Origin: Mycobacteriales bacterium
GTDB taxonomy: Bacteria; Actinomycetota; Actinomycetes; Mycobacteriales; SCTD01
Direction of reading: 5' to 3'
Assembly: GCA_046590985.1 (NCBI GenBank)
Contig: JBKJVH010000009.1
Location: 1-47,241 of the forward strand
DNA length: 47,241 bases
Positions 1-11,117 of this stretch are shown here, piece by piece. Below the pieces are notes generated by a model that ran no database searches, had not been told where the DNA came from, and saw only the letters and a list, made by a program, of their open reading frames with translations. The translations under genes and the position numbers were made by a program. Numbering within the stretch: the first letter of the stretch is position 1; each line of letters starts with the position of its first letter.

Positions 1-104
1 AGGAGGTGCTGCTGCTCGTCGGCGTCGAGCAGCGGCCACACCGCGAGGTGCTCCTCGACGAGCGCCGACCCGTCCTGCGGAAGGCCGTGGCGTCGGAATC
101 TCAC
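1..104 (-). CDS. 5' part of a gene running off the left edge; possibly a zinc-dependent peptidase (MtfA/M90-like)
   Basis: Manual translation from GTG at 104: MRFRRHGLPQDGSALVEEHLAVWPLLDADEQQHL, with GC-rich third positions. Resembles from memory the N-termini of actinobacterial M90 proteins; too short to be sure. Confidence 0.35.
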   Translation of the reverse strand, partial: MRFRRHGLPQDGSALVEEHLAVWPLLDADEQQHL

Positions 105-196
105 GACGTCAGGTCTACATCAGCCGTGCACCTTGCAGCGTGACGTCAGCGTCCGCGCCACGGTCGCCCTGCTCCAGCGGCCGGGGGGCGTGCCGA

Positions 197-712
197 TCAG
201 TCGGCGCTGACACCGCCACGAGGCGACGTTCTGATCAGTCGCCGCAGCTTCATGCCGGGGTGACGCGTGGCTTCTTGGCGGGAAGCGAGGCGCTGATTGG
301 CCTCAAGCAGGTCCGCCCGGTCACCGGCGCTGAGGTCGCGGTCCGTCCCGGACGCAAGTCGGTCTGCGGCGCTCAGCGCACGATTCAGAATGGACTGGCC
401 TGCCTCCGGGCTGGTTTGCTGGTCGGCAAGATCGTCGCGTACCTCAGCATCCCGGTCCCGCTTCTCGGCCTGCTTGTCACGCATCAGAGCCGACCGGACC
501 AAGCCGTCTACTCTGGCGTCCCGTTCGGCCACGTCGACGTCACGCTGGTCGGCGACGGCATCACGCACATCGGCCACCCGATCACGCTCATCTGCAGCCA
601 CGTCGCGCTCGGTGGCCGCACGATCCCGCAGATCCTCTTCAAAGCCCAGCGTGTGACCCCGCTCCCGGGGCTTGTGGACAAGGCGAACATGTTGGATCGG
701 AATCTCGCTCAT
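197..712 (-). CDS. Hypothetical coiled-coil protein with RDxxAxx heptad repeats
   Basis: 171 aa ORF with a GAGGGG RBS before ATG; RD recurs in 7-residue register at aa 29,36,43,50,57,64,78,85,92. Confidence 0.7.
   Translation of the reverse strand: MSEIPIQHVRLVHKPRERGHTLGFEEDLRDRAATERDVAADERDRVADVRDAVADQRDVDVAERDARVDGLVRSALMRDKQAEKRDRDAEVRDDLADQQTSPEAGQSILNRALSAADRLASGTDRDLSAGDRADLLEANQRLASRQEATRHPGMKLRRLIRTSPRGGVSAD
419..628 (-). repeat. Coding heptad repeat (RDxxAxx)n
   Basis: RDRAATE RDVAADE RDRVADV RDAVADQ RDVDVAE RDARVDG ... RDKQAEK RDRDAEV RDDLADQ. Confidence 0.75.
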
Positions 713-1132
713 TTGCCCCCCTCAACCGCCGCTATTGACCGAAAATTATCAGCGACCGTCGCACTCCCCGCTCGGGGAGACGGACTCTTGCCGGTCCTTC
801 CGTCAGCAGCGGAGCAGCCGTGGTCACTGGCCAACGAAGCCGTCCGGGCGACGGACGGCAAGACGTCATCGAACAGGGACCGCACCGCGCAGTCGGCACG
901 CGCATCGCGCAGCCGGCGGTGATCCAGATTTGCGACGTGCTGGCGGCGGGGCCGTCGGAGCGCTACACCGAGGTCCAGGAGACCGTTGTCAGGGAGCGGG
1001 CCGATCCCCCAGCGGCAGACGTGCCGCTTCCGAGCGTTCGGCGTGCCGCCAATAACCGCTATGAGGCGGCGTCACCCGCAGCCCTCGGCGGGAATGAGGT
1101 TGCGGTGCGCCACCCCGGGGCAGACAGCGTGC

Positions 1133-1576
1133 ATGAGCGCTGCTGCGCGTACCGGTGCGGAACGAGCTGACGACGAAGTCGTGGTGGCTCTTCCCGACGA
1201 CGACACCGCTCCTGGCCGGGCACGCGAGGCTGTGCGGGAGATCCTGCTCCGCTGGAACTTGGCACACCTCACGGAGGATGCGGAGCTAGCGGTGAGCGAA
1301 CTGGTGACGAACGCCGTGAGGCATGGCTTGCCGCCAGTCAGCCTTCGGCTGTGCCAGCGTCCCGCGAATATCAGGATCGACGTCTCGGACATGCGCCCGG
1401 CAACGGCCAGCGTCGGGCTTCCCGTGAGCAGGGACGACGACGAGTCAGGCCGTGGGCGCTCCATCGTTGACGCCGTCTCCGACCGCAGCGGCACCGATGA
1501 CGTCTTCGAGCACGGTCCAGGCAAGAGCTCGTACGCATCGTGGGACGTCCCGCCATCCCCGCCGGGGGTCGCCTAG
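1133..1576 (+). CDS. ATP-binding protein, anti-sigma factor/RsbW-like (HATPase_c_2)
   Basis: Motifs AREAVR, AELAVSELVTNAVRHG, IDVSD and ESGRGRSIVDAVSDR. ATG at 1133 preferred over the 986 extension. Confidence 0.85.
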   Translation: MSAAARTGAERADDEVVVALPDDDTAPGRAREAVREILLRWNLAHLTEDAELAVSELVTNAVRHGLPPVSLRLCQRPANIRIDVSDMRPATASVGLPVSRDDDESGRGRSIVDAVSDRSGTDDVFEHGPGKSSYASWDVPPSPPGVA

Positions 1577-1895
1577 CCCGATTCGCCGGTTGCCCTTGAG
1601 GTTCCAGAGGATACGTGCTCCCCGAGCGTGCAAAGGCGACGCTGATGAGCGATCAGGCGGCGCTCTGCGCGGTTTCGTGACGGTCTGGACAGACCGGTGC
1701 TGGATGCGCAGCCGATACGGCGGCGAGTCGCCTGCTCATCCAGCACTGGGTCGCGAGGCTCGGCGGCGACTGCTGGGTTGCAGCGGAACGCCGAGCGCGG
1801 CTGCTGCCCATCCAGCAGTGGGCATCGGCGGGCGGAGGCGTCGCGAGGGTGCGGGCCGCATCGCCCTTTTCGGGAGTCGATCGGCGCACAACGTC

Positions 1896-1918
1896 ACCAG
1901 GGACGGCAAAGCCCTGGT
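1896..1918 (-). terminator. Hairpin just 3' of tRNA-Asn
   Basis: ACCAGGG-N9-CCCTGGT inverted repeat 5 nt past the tRNA 3' end; no U-tract. Confidence 0.4.
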
Positions 1919-1923
1919 CGGAG

Positions 1924-1996
1924 CTCCCCCACCTGGACTCGAACCAGGAACATTCCGATTAACAGTCGAACGCTCTGCCAATTGAGCTATGGGGGA
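1924..1996 (-). tRNA. trnN: tRNA-Asn (GTT), CCA not encoded
   Basis: Reverse complement TCCCCCATAGCTCAATTGGCAGAGCGTTCGACTGTTAATCGGAATGTTCCTGGTTCGAGTCCAGGTGGGGGAG: 7-bp acceptor stem, D arm, anticodon loop CTGTTAA, TTCGA T-loop. Confidence 0.97.
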
Positions 1997-2121
1997 ATCG
2001 CCGGAGACCGGCCAGAAGACGATAGCGCAACCACCCTTCGACCTCGGCTGTTTTCGCGGGTGCGGCCGCCATCACACCCGTCTTGGCGGTGTGAACCCCT
2101 GTGACCCCCTACCGTGTTGGG

Positions 2122-3384
2122 GTGATCTCCCTGCGCCGTGCCGTGTCGGCTGCCGTGCTGACGAGCCTGGTCCTCATCCCGGCCGCGAGCGCGGCTGGCC
2201 GCACCCAGGACGTCACCTGGCACGGCACCCAGATCCACCTGTACGCCGCCGAGGCGGCCGGCCACGACGGCGCCGGTGTGACGGTCGCGGTGCTCGACAG
2301 CTGGGTCGACACCACCCACCCGGACTTCGAGGGCCGCGCCCGTGGGGCGGTCGACTGCGTCGGGGGTACCTGCAAGGCCGGCCAGACCCGCGACGCCTGC
2401 ACGCACGGCACGCACGTGGCCGGCACCGTCGGTTCGACCTCGTTCGGGGTGGCTCGCAGGGCCATCATCTTGCCGGTACAGGTGCTGACGGCGGACAGCA
2501 AGGGTGAGTGCACGGGGACGCCGACCGACGTCGCTGCCGGCATCAACTACGCGGTCGCACACGGCGCCCAGGTGCTCAACCTGTCCCTCGGGCCGGACGT
2601 GTCGCTGCTCGGCTCCGGCAGCGCGATTCCGACCGCGGTGCACGCCGCCGCGGCCGCGGGTGCGGTGGTGATCTTCTCGGCCGGCAACGCCAACGATGCC
2701 GCTGCGCAGTCGTACGGCGACGACGCGCTGGTGGTGGCCGCGACCGGTCCGAACGGCAAGCTGGCCAGCTACAGCCAGCACGGGGCAGGCGTGTCGGTCG
2801 CGGCCCCCGGCGGGGAACCGGCGAGTGGCAACACCTGCAACCAGAGCATCTGCGTCACGTCGCTCTATCCCGGCGGCCAGTACGCCGTCGCGGCCGGCAC
2901 CTCGATGGCCGCGCCGCACGTCTCCGGCGTCGCCGCGCTGCTGCTCGGCCAGCAGCCCGGCCGAGGCCGGCAGAACGTCCTGGACCGGATCACCGGCACC
3001 GCCCGTCCGCTTGCCGGCGCGGGGGCCGGGCTGGTCGATGCCCAGGCAGCGCTCGGCGTCGCGACATCCACCCCGAGGCCGACCGCCACGGCCACCAGGA
3101 AGCCGTCCCCTGTCGTCAAGCCCCACACCGCGCCGCCGACGCACAAGGCCACCCCGAAGCCCCGGCCGGTCGTGGTCAAGGCCTCCCCCACGGCCACCCC
3201 GACGCCGCGAGCCGTGCCGACCGCGGCGCCGTCCGAGACCGCTTCGCCCGTGCCTGCAGCCCCGCGCGCCCTGCCGGTCTCCGCCACGGACGACGTGCCC
3301 TTCCCGGTCGCTGTCGTCGCTGGAATGCTCGTTCTGCTGGCCGGCGCAGGCATCCTGCTGACCCCCCGTCTCGTCAAGCGCTGA
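2122..3384 (+). CDS. S8 (subtilisin-family) serine peptidase with signal peptide, Pro/Thr linker and C-terminal TM anchor
   Basis: Triad motifs VAVLDS, HGTHVAG and GTSMAAPHV; oxyanion SAGN; hydrophobic N- and C-termini. GTG 2122 lies 6 nt after TACCGT (possible leaderless start); 2101 is the alternative. Confidence 0.93.
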   Translation: MISLRRAVSAAVLTSLVLIPAASAAGRTQDVTWHGTQIHLYAAEAAGHDGAGVTVAVLDSWVDTTHPDFEGRARGAVDCVGGTCKAGQTRDACTHGTHVAGTVGSTSFGVARRAIILPVQVLTADSKGECTGTPTDVAAGINYAVAHGAQVLNLSLGPDVSLLGSGSAIPTAVHAAAAAGAVVIFSAGNANDAAAQSYGDDALVVAATGPNGKLASYSQHGAGVSVAAPGGEPASGNTCNQSICVTSLYPGGQYAVAAGTSMAAPHVSGVAALLLGQQPGRGRQNVLDRITGTARPLAGAGAGLVDAQAALGVATSTPRPTATATRKPSPVVKPHTAPPTHKATPKPRPVVVKASPTATPTPRAVPTAAPSETASPVPAAPRALPVSATDDVPFPVAVVAGMLVLLAGAGILLTPRLVKR

Positions 3385-3406
3385 CCTGTGCGGGAGGCTC
3401 CTGGTT

Positions 3407-3748
3407 ATGGATCCCTCCTGGTACGCCGTCCGTTGCGTCTTCCGCTCGGCCTGGACTGTCGAAGAGCACGCCGACACCCCTGAGGACCAGCTGTACGAGG
3501 AGCGCATCACGCTCTGGCAGGCGACCTCCCTGGAGGAGGCCATCGCCCTCGCGGAGGCGGAGGCACTCGACTACGCGGGCGACGAGGATGAGTACCTCGA
3601 GATCGCCCAGGCCTACCAGCTGTTCGACGGCCCGTCGCAGGGCGCCGAGGTGTTCTCGCTGATGCGCTCGAGCCCGCTGGATCCCGACGCCTACCTCGAC
3701 GCGTTCTTCGACACCGGCGACGAGCGCCAGCAGGTGCTCGAGGAGTGA
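3407..3748 (+). CDS. Acidic hypothetical protein, DUF4288-like
   Basis: WYAVRCVF...YEERITLWQATSLEEAIALAE pattern; GGAGG RBS. Confidence 0.7.
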   Translation: MDPSWYAVRCVFRSAWTVEEHADTPEDQLYEERITLWQATSLEEAIALAEAEALDYAGDEDEYLEIAQAYQLFDGPSQGAEVFSLMRSSPLDPDAYLDAFFDTGDERQQVLEE

Positions 3749-3749
3749 G

Positions 3750-4196
3750 TCACCAGTGCGTGACGTGCACCTCGAGCCCGTCCCGGTCGAGGTCCTTGCG
3801 GCGCGTCAGCCCCGCCCGTTCCGCGAGCGAGAACCCGTACGGGCCGTTGCTTCGCGCCACGACCGGCAGGTTCTGCGACTGCTCCTGCGCGACGACCAGC
3901 GCCTCCTCGACGACCTCGAGCGCGTAGCCGCGCCCCCACGCATGCGGGGCGAAGTGGGCGTACAGGTTCCAGGTCTCGCGGAGGTGGAAGGTCAGGAAGC
4001 GCAGCCCGGCCACGCCGATGAGCGTGCCGTTCCGCTCGACCGCCCAGTATCCCAGGCTGTCGGAGGCCCAGTCCGCGAGGTAGCCGCGGACGGCCTCCTC
4101 CGAGCCCTCCAGCTCCCCGACACCGGGAACGTCATCCTCGGTGAGGCGGCGAAGATGAAGCCGGTCGGTCCAGCGCTGCTCGTTGGCCTCGGTCAC
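3750..4196 (-). CDS. GNAT N-acetyltransferase (RimJ/RimL-like)
   Basis: [14 protein letters not shown]...LIGVAGL, AWGRGYA motif A; 4-nt overlap with the miaB stop. Confidence 0.85.
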   Translation of the reverse strand: MTEANEQRWTDRLHLRRLTEDDVPGVGELEGSEEAVRGYLADWASDSLGYWAVERNGTLIGVAGLRFLTFHLRETWNLYAHFAPHAWGRGYALEVVEEALVVAQEQSQNLPVVARSNGPYGFSLAERAGLTRRKDLDRDGLEVHVTHW

Positions 4197-5623
4197 GCCG
4201 GCGCCCCGACGCGCGGCATCCCGAGACTGACGCCGGGCGTGGTGGTCGCCCGGCCTGTCTCCCAGGCGTCGCCGGCCCGAGTGTGCCTGACCTGCAAGGG
4301 ATCCGCGCCTCTCAGGTAGTGCGGAGCGGCCCCACTGACCTCGACCGTGACGACGTCGCCAGGCCGGGCCCCGGGGACCCGGTTCAGGTGCACCAGGCGG
4401 TTGTCGCGGGCCCGTCCGGTCATGGTGTCGGGCCCGTCCTTGCGGCCCTCTCCGAGGCTCAGCAGCACCTCGACCGTCGTGCCCACCCGCGCCAGCATCT
4501 CCTCGTACGAGATCTGCTCTTGAAGGGCGACCAGCCGGCTGTACCGCTCCGCGACCACCTCGGGCGGCACCTGGTCCGGGTAGTCGGCGGCGGGTGTACC
4601 GGGCCGGGTCGAGTACTGGAAGGTGTACGCGCCGGCGAACCTCGAGGCCGCCACGACCCGCAGGGTGTCCTCGAAGTCGGCGTCGGTCTCGCCGGGGAAG
4701 CCGACGATGATGTCGGTGGTGATGGCGGCCTCGGGGAGCTGCTCCCGGACGCTGTCAAGGATGCCCAGGAAGCGCTCGGAGCGGTAGGACCGGCGCATCC
4801 GGCGCAGCACGTCGTCGGAGCCGGACTGCAGCGGCATGTGCAGCGAAGGGCAGACCGCAGGGGTCTCGGCCATCGCCGCGATGACGTCGTCGGTGAAGTC
4901 ACGCGGGTGCGGGCTGGTGAACCGGATCCGCTCCAGCCCAGTCTCCCCCGCGGCTCGGAGCAGCTTGCCGAAGGCCTGCCGATCGCCGAACGAGCGGCCG
5001 TAGGAGTTGACGTTCTGGCCGAGCAGCGTGACCTCCAGGACGCCCTGCTCCTGCAGCACCTCGATCTCGCGGAGGATGTCGCCAGGACGGCGGTCCTCCT
5101 CCTTGCCCCGCAGCGACGGCACGATGCAGAAGGTGCAGGTGTTGTCACAGCCGACGCTGATCGACACCCAGGCGGAGTAGGTCGACTCGCGCCGGGCGGG
5201 CAACGTGCTCGGGAAGACCTCGAGCGACTCAAGCAGCTCGACCTGTGCGCGTTCCTCGATCCGGGCGCGCTCGAGCAGGACGGGCAGCGACCCGACGTTG
5301 TGGGTGCCGAAGACGACGTCGACGTAGGGCGCCTTCTGGACGATGAGGCCCTGGTCCTTCTGCGCCAGGCAGCCGCCGACCGCGATCTGCATCCCGGGAT
5401 GCGCATCCTTGACGGACTTCAGGTGCCCCAGGTTGCCGTACAGCTTGTTGTCGGCGTTCTCGCGCACGGCGCAGGTGTTGAACACCACGACGTCGGCGGT
5501 CGCGCCCTCGACGACCGGGACGTACCCGGCCGCGTCGAGCAGCCCGCTGATGCGCTCGCTGTCGTGGACGTTCATCTGACAGCCGTACGTGCGGACCTCG
5601 TACGAGCGGGGCGGGGCGTTCAT
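4193..5623 (-). CDS. miaB: tRNA (i6A37) methylthiotransferase MiaB
   Basis: [22 protein letters not shown], radical [24 protein letters not shown]-terminal TRAM domain. Confidence 0.97.
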   Translation of the reverse strand: MNAPPRSYEVRTYGCQMNVHDSERISGLLDAAGYVPVVEGATADVVVFNTCAVRENADNKLYGNLGHLKSVKDAHPGMQIAVGGCLAQKDQGLIVQKAPYVDVVFGTHNVGSLPVLLERARIEERAQVELLESLEVFPSTLPARRESTYSAWVSISVGCDNTCTFCIVPSLRGKEEDRRPGDILREIEVLQEQGVLEVTLLGQNVNSYGRSFGDRQAFGKLLRAAGETGLERIRFTSPHPRDFTDDVIAAMAETPAVCPSLHMPLQSGSDDVLRRMRRSYRSERFLGILDSVREQLPEAAITTDIIVGFPGETDADFEDTLRVVAASRFAGAYTFQYSTRPGTPAADYPDQVPPEVVAERYSRLVALQEQISYEEMLARVGTTVEVLLSLGEGRKDGPDTMTGRARDNRLVHLNRVPGARPGDVVTVEVSGAAPHYLRGADPLQVRHTRAGDAWETGRATTTPGVSLGMPRVGAPA

Positions 5624-5630
5624 GGGCTTG

Positions 5631-5636
5631 AGTCTA
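5631..5636 (-). promoter_or_regulatory. -10 box of a probable leaderless miaB promoter
   Basis: TAGACT 7 nt upstream of the ATG at 5623; no SD sequence. Confidence 0.55.
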
Positions 5637-5747
5637 GGAGGGACGCCCGGCTGATCTTTGCGGGTCGGCTGAGCGGGGACCGGCCCCGCCGCCCGCAAAG
5701 ATCGACTCGGCCCGGAGGGTGGAGCGCCCGCAGCAGCCAGCAGCCCG

Positions 5748-6293
5748 CTACAGCCGGTAGGACATCCGGGCAGTGACGACCGCGTCCGCCAGGCTGGCGT
5801 ACATCGTGGCGTTCTCCAGGGCGACCGCGGCGAGGCTGGCGAGCGCCACCGCGAGCTCGGCGTCCTCCTCGGTGAAGGACCCGGTGAGCTTGTTCATGAC
5901 CTCGATGACGCCGAGCGCCTTGCTGCCCATCATCAGCGGCGCGGCGATGAGGGACTCGGTCGCGGTGCCCATCGCCTTGTCGACCTCGCGGTAGACCTGG
6001 GAGTCTCCGGAGCCCTGCGAGACGATAACCGGCTTGCCCTCGCGCAGGGCCTGGCCGGCGACGCCCTGGTCGGACGGCATCCGCTGCCCGACCAGCTCGG
6101 GCTCGGCCGTCGCGACCCGGAACACCAGCTCCTCGCAGGTCGCGTCGAGCAGCAGCAACGAGCCGGACCGGGCCTCGAGCAGCTCGGCGGCGGACGCCAT
6201 GATGAGCTGCAGGAGCTCCTCGAGGTTGAGCGTCGAGCTCAGCTGGGTCGCGATCGCCACCAGACGCTTGAGCTTGTCGGGGGTGTCAGGCAT
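5748..6293 (-). CDS. Stand-alone GAF domain protein
   Basis: [18 protein letters not shown]...ELVF, GVAGQ, SLIAAPL...LGVIEVMNK...FTEEDAEL...AAVALENA (NKFDE-type signature); no output domain. Confidence 0.88.
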   Translation of the reverse strand: MPDTPDKLKRLVAIATQLSSTLNLEELLQLIMASAAELLEARSGSLLLLDATCEELVFRVATAEPELVGQRMPSDQGVAGQALREGKPVIVSQGSGDSQVYREVDKAMGTATESLIAAPLMMGSKALGVIEVMNKLTGSFTEEDAELAVALASLAAVALENATMYASLADAVVTARMSYRL

Positions 6294-6308
6294 GTGTGCC
6301 TCCAGGGC

Positions 6309-7658
<1,350 letters not shown>

Positions 7659-7675
7659 GGCCCCGACCTCCCGGC

Positions 7676-8161
7676 TCAGTCGCTGTCAGGCGGGTCGACG
7701 TACATGAGCGCCTGACCGAACTCGACCATGACACCGTCCTCGACGAGGATGGCCGTGACCTTGCCGGAGACCTCGCACGGGATCCGGTTCATCATCTTCA
7801 TCGCCTCGATGATGGCGACCTCCTGGTCGGCCTCGACCATGTCCCCGACCGAGACGAACGGCGCCGCTCCCGGTTCGGAGGCCCGGTAGAACGCACCCAC
7901 CAGCGGAGCGGTGACCACGAACCGACCCGGCACCTCGTCGGGGGTCGCGACGGTCGCGCTGACCACCGCACCGACGGCGCCGCCCGGTGCAGCGGGCATC
8001 GCCGAAAGGTCCCACTCGATCTCGACGCGGTGCTCACCGCCCTGCACGCTGAGGCGCTTCACCGGTCCGGACACCCGACCCAGCAGGTCGCGCGCCTCCC
8101 GGCAGACGCTGCGCAGCAGCGCGTCCTCGCCGTCGGCCACCGTTTCGGCCTGGTCGCTCAT
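7676..8161 (-). CDS. accB: Biotin carboxyl carrier protein
   Basis: VTAPLVGAFYRA...PFV and biotinylation motif IEAMKMMN. Confidence 0.95.
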   Translation of the reverse strand: MSDQAETVADGEDALLRSVCREARDLLGRVSGPVKRLSVQGGEHRVEIEWDLSAMPAAPGGAVGAVVSATVATPDEVPGRFVVTAPLVGAFYRASEPGAAPFVSVGDMVEADQEVAIIEAMKMMNRIPCEVSGKVTAILVEDGVMVEFGQALMYVDPPDSD

Positions 8162-9846
8162 GCTGGCTCCTTCGAGGCTTTGGAGGCATTGACAGTCGGT
8201 TGGCGGCCTGGCGCACCGAAGGCCCGGTAGCGCTGGTAGCGCGCTTCCACGAGCTCGGCGGGGTCGAGCGTCATGAGCTCGGTGAGGCAGTTGACGATCG
8301 CGGTCTTGACGTTGCGCGCGGCCATTGCCGGGTCCTTGTGGGCACCGCCCTCAGGCTCGGGTACCACGCCGTCCATCACGCCGAGGCGGAGCAGGTCCGG
8401 GCCCGTGATGCGCAGCGCCTCGGCGGCGCGTGGGGCTGCCGAGGCATCGCGGAACAGGATCGTCGAGCAGCCCTCGGGGCTGATGACCGAATAGTAGGAG
8501 TTCTCCATCATGAGGACCCGGTCAGCGACCGCCAGCGCGAGCGCCCCGCCGCTGCCGCCTTCGCCCGTCACCAGCGTCACGATCGGCACGGGCAGCCGGC
8601 TCATCTCCATGATGCAGGTGGCGATGGCCGAGCCTTGACCGCGCTCCTCGGCACCGAGGCCGGGCGAGGCACCGGGGGTGTCGACCATCGTGACGATCGG
8701 CATCCGGAACTTCGCGGCGTGCCGCATGAGCCGCAACGCCTTGCGATAGCCCTCGGGGTCAGGCATGCCGAAGTTGCGCAGCACCATCTCGGCCGTGGTG
8801 TGGCCCTTCTGGTGGCCGAGCAGCATGACCGGTACGGACCCGAGCAGCGCCGGACCACCGACGATGGAGGGGTTCTCGCCGTTGAGGCGGTCGCCGTGCA
8901 GCTCCAGGAAGTCCTCGAACAGGTAGCCGGCGTACTCCAGGGTGGTCGGCCGCATCGTGTCGCGGGCCAGCGTGACGGTCTCCCAAGGCGGGCGCACCGG
9001 CAGCGCTTCCGGGTCGGTGACCATCGGCAGGCCCTCGGTCTTGGGCAGCTCAGCCGGCTCCACCGTGCCGTGGAAGGCAAGGATCTTACGCAGGCTGTTG
9101 CGCAGCCCCTCGCGGTTCTCGACCAGGTCGAGCATGCCGTGCTCGAGCAGGAAGCCCGAGGTCTGGAAGCCCTCCGGCAGCTGCTGCCGAATGGTCTGCT
9201 GGATCACCGACGGACCGGCGAAGCCGATCATCGACCCCGGCTCCGAGACGATCACGTCGCCGAGCATCGCGAAGCTCGCGGTGACGCCGCCGTACGTCGG
9301 GTCGGTGTTGAGGCACATGCTGAGGATGCCGGCCTCGCCGAGCCGGGCGAACGCCTGGCTGGTCTTGGCCATCTGCATCAGCGAGACGCAGCCCTCCTGC
9401 ATGCGCGCGCCACCCGAGCTGCTGATGACCAGCAGAGGGGTACGGGAGGACAGCGCGAGCTCGGCGGCGAGCGTCACGATCTCTCCGACACCGGCGCCCA
9501 TGCTGCCGCCCATGAAGGAGAAGTCGAGCATCGCCAGCACCACCGGGTGCCCACCGATCGTCCCGCGGCCGTAGACCGCAGCGTCGCTGCGCCCGGTCTT
9601 CTTACGTGCCTCGGCGAGCCGGTCCACATACGACTTGGAGTCGACGAAGCTCAGCACGTCGACCGAGCCGACGCCGCCGGTGAGGTCCTCGAAGGCGCCC
9701 TCGTCCAGGAGCTGACCGAGCCGCTCGTCGACGGTCAGCCGCAGGTGGTGATTGCACTCCGGGCAGACCTTGAGGTTGCGGATCAGCCGCTTCGCATACA
9801 GGTAGGCATCACAGGAAGGGCACTTGACCCATTGGGTGTCCGCCAT
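8158..9846 (-). CDS. accD: Fused carboxyltransferase beta+alpha (AccD-AccA)
   Basis: N-terminal Zn finger CPSC...CPEC, FMGGSMG and SGGARMQEG (beta); NFGMPDPEGYRKA, DTPGA, GEGGSGGAL and YSVISPEG (alpha). Confidence 0.95.
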   Translation of the reverse strand: MADTQWVKCPSCDAYLYAKRLIRNLKVCPECNHHLRLTVDERLGQLLDEGAFEDLTGGVGSVDVLSFVDSKSYVDRLAEARKKTGRSDAAVYGRGTIGGHPVVLAMLDFSFMGGSMGAGVGEIVTLAAELALSSRTPLLVISSSGGARMQEGCVSLMQMAKTSQAFARLGEAGILSMCLNTDPTYGGVTASFAMLGDVIVSEPGSMIGFAGPSVIQQTIRQQLPEGFQTSGFLLEHGMLDLVENREGLRNSLRKILAFHGTVEPAELPKTEGLPMVTDPEALPVRPPWETVTLARDTMRPTTLEYAGYLFEDFLELHGDRLNGENPSIVGGPALLGSVPVMLLGHQKGHTTAEMVLRNFGMPDPEGYRKALRLMRHAAKFRMPIVTMVDTPGASPGLGAEERGQGSAIATCIMEMSRLPVPIVTLVTGEGGSGGALALAVADRVLMMENSYYSVISPEGCSTILFRDASAAPRAAEALRITGPDLLRLGVMDGVVPEPEGGAHKDPAMAARNVKTAIVNCLTELMTLDPAELVEARYQRYRAFGAPGRQPTVNASKASKEPA

Positions 9847-10727
9847 CAGTCCGAACCCTCCGCATGCAGCCGACGGTGGGTGACCCGCTCGGCTCTGAGC
9901 TGCTCCTCGACGAGCGGCCAGTCCGGCTCGTGGCGCTCGCCCCCCGCGGAGCCGAACAGCTTGACCGAGACGAAGGCCAGCAGGTCGGTGGTGAGGTTGT
10001 GGCGGTCGAGCGCCGTGGCCGCGATCGCGGTGTCGAGCGCATCGCGCCAGCGACCCCCGCGGACCAGCGCTTCGACCTCGCCGTGCGCGGCGAACGTCTC
10101 GTGCCCGTCGTCGAGGGTCCGCAACCGCGCGAACGCGGCGGCAGCGCCGTCGTTGTCGCCGGTCTCCAGGCTGATCTCGGCGACGTCGAGGGCGGCCTGG
10201 ACGTCCTTCGGGTCGGCCGCCGTGAGCCGGGTCGCGGCGCTCAGCGCGAGCGGCAACCGGCCGGTGGCGTGCGCCAGGCCGACGAGGCTGCGCAGGATCT
10301 CGGGCTTCTCACCGGCCAGCGTGCTGGCCTTGTCGAGAGCCGCGAGTGCGTCGTCGATCCGACCCACCGCGTGCGCTGCGTAAGCCAGGTGCAGGAGCGA
10401 CTCGGGGTCCTCCGGCGTGAGGGCGACCGCCTGCGTGAAGGCGTCCGCCGCGTAACCGGCGTTGCCGCTCGCGGCGTGCGCGTGCCCGAGGTCCAGCCAG
10501 GCGTCCGCGTCCTTCGGCGCGCGGGCAGCCCTGGCCTGCAGCAGCGGCACCGCGTCCTCGAGCCCGAGCTCCAGGCTGGCGCGACCGGCCAGCTGGAGCA
10601 GCGCGACGTTGTCCGGGTCGGTCACCAAGGCCTCGACGGCCACGTCATGGCACCGGGCGAAGTCCTCGGCCTCGAACGCCGCGGTGACCTCCGCGACGAC
10701 ACTCTCGCTGCTCGTCACTGTCCCCAC
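9846..10727 (-). CDS. Tetratricopeptide repeat protein
   Basis: Repeated helical units such as DPDNVALLQLAG, APKDADAWLDLG and TPEDPESLLHLA; stop overlaps the accDA start. Confidence 0.85.
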   Translation of the reverse strand: MGTVTSSESVVAEVTAAFEAEDFARCHDVAVEALVTDPDNVALLQLAGRASLELGLEDAVPLLQARAARAPKDADAWLDLGHAHAASGNAGYAADAFTQAVALTPEDPESLLHLAYAAHAVGRIDDALAALDKASTLAGEKPEILRSLVGLAHATGRLPLALSAATRLTAADPKDVQAALDVAEISLETGDNDGAAAAFARLRTLDDGHETFAAHGEVEALVRGGRWRDALDTAIAATALDRHNLTTDLLAFVSVKLFGSAGGERHEPDWPLVEEQLRAERVTHRRLHAEGSD

Positions 10728-10762
10728 CCCCCGGTCCTTGGCACTTCCAGCAAGTGGGCGGG

Positions 10763-10791
10763 AGTGTTGTGCATCGCGGTGGGCTGGTCAA
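10763..10791 (-). promoter_or_regulatory. Promoter P1 TTGACC-N17-AACACT for the TPR-accDA-accB-accC-GAF operon
   Basis: Exact 17-nt spacer; same architecture at 11089-11117 and 37139-37167. Confidence 0.7.
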
Positions 10792-11088
10792 CTCCCGACC
10801 CGCTCCCCATGCCGAGTATTAGCAGGGTCACGCGAGACCTCACGCCTTGGTTCTCAACGGCCTGCACGAGCGGGCTCACTTCCTGTGGCTGCGCTGCCTA
10901 CCGACAGAGCAGCACCACCACGGCGCGGACCATGACGATGCCCTGTCACGACTGACTCGCCGACGGCGGGTGACTCCGGGGACTCGCCCACCTGCTGACC
11001 GTGGACACCCGGATCCCTTCGACAAAGCCGGTTCATGGGCAGAGCGACAAGCGACCCCAAGGGCCAGCGCCCCGGTCGCGTCGTCGGG

Positions 11089-11117
11089 AGTGTTGTGCTT
11101 GGCTCGGGAGGCGTCAA
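11089..11117 (-). promoter_or_regulatory. Promoter P2 TTGACG-N17-AACACT (tandem upstream copy)
   Basis: Shares CGGGAGTGTTGTGC (14 bp, + strand) with P1; 17-nt spacer. Confidence 0.65.

Noticed and set aside
713-1132. ORFs 140-922, 672-1055 and 820-1170
   Set aside because: No motifs, and they overlap better-supported genes or lie in a likely divergent promoter region.
1577-1996. tRNA-Asn as the attachment site of an integrated element
   Set aside because: No integrase and no duplicated tRNA 3' end seen in the window.
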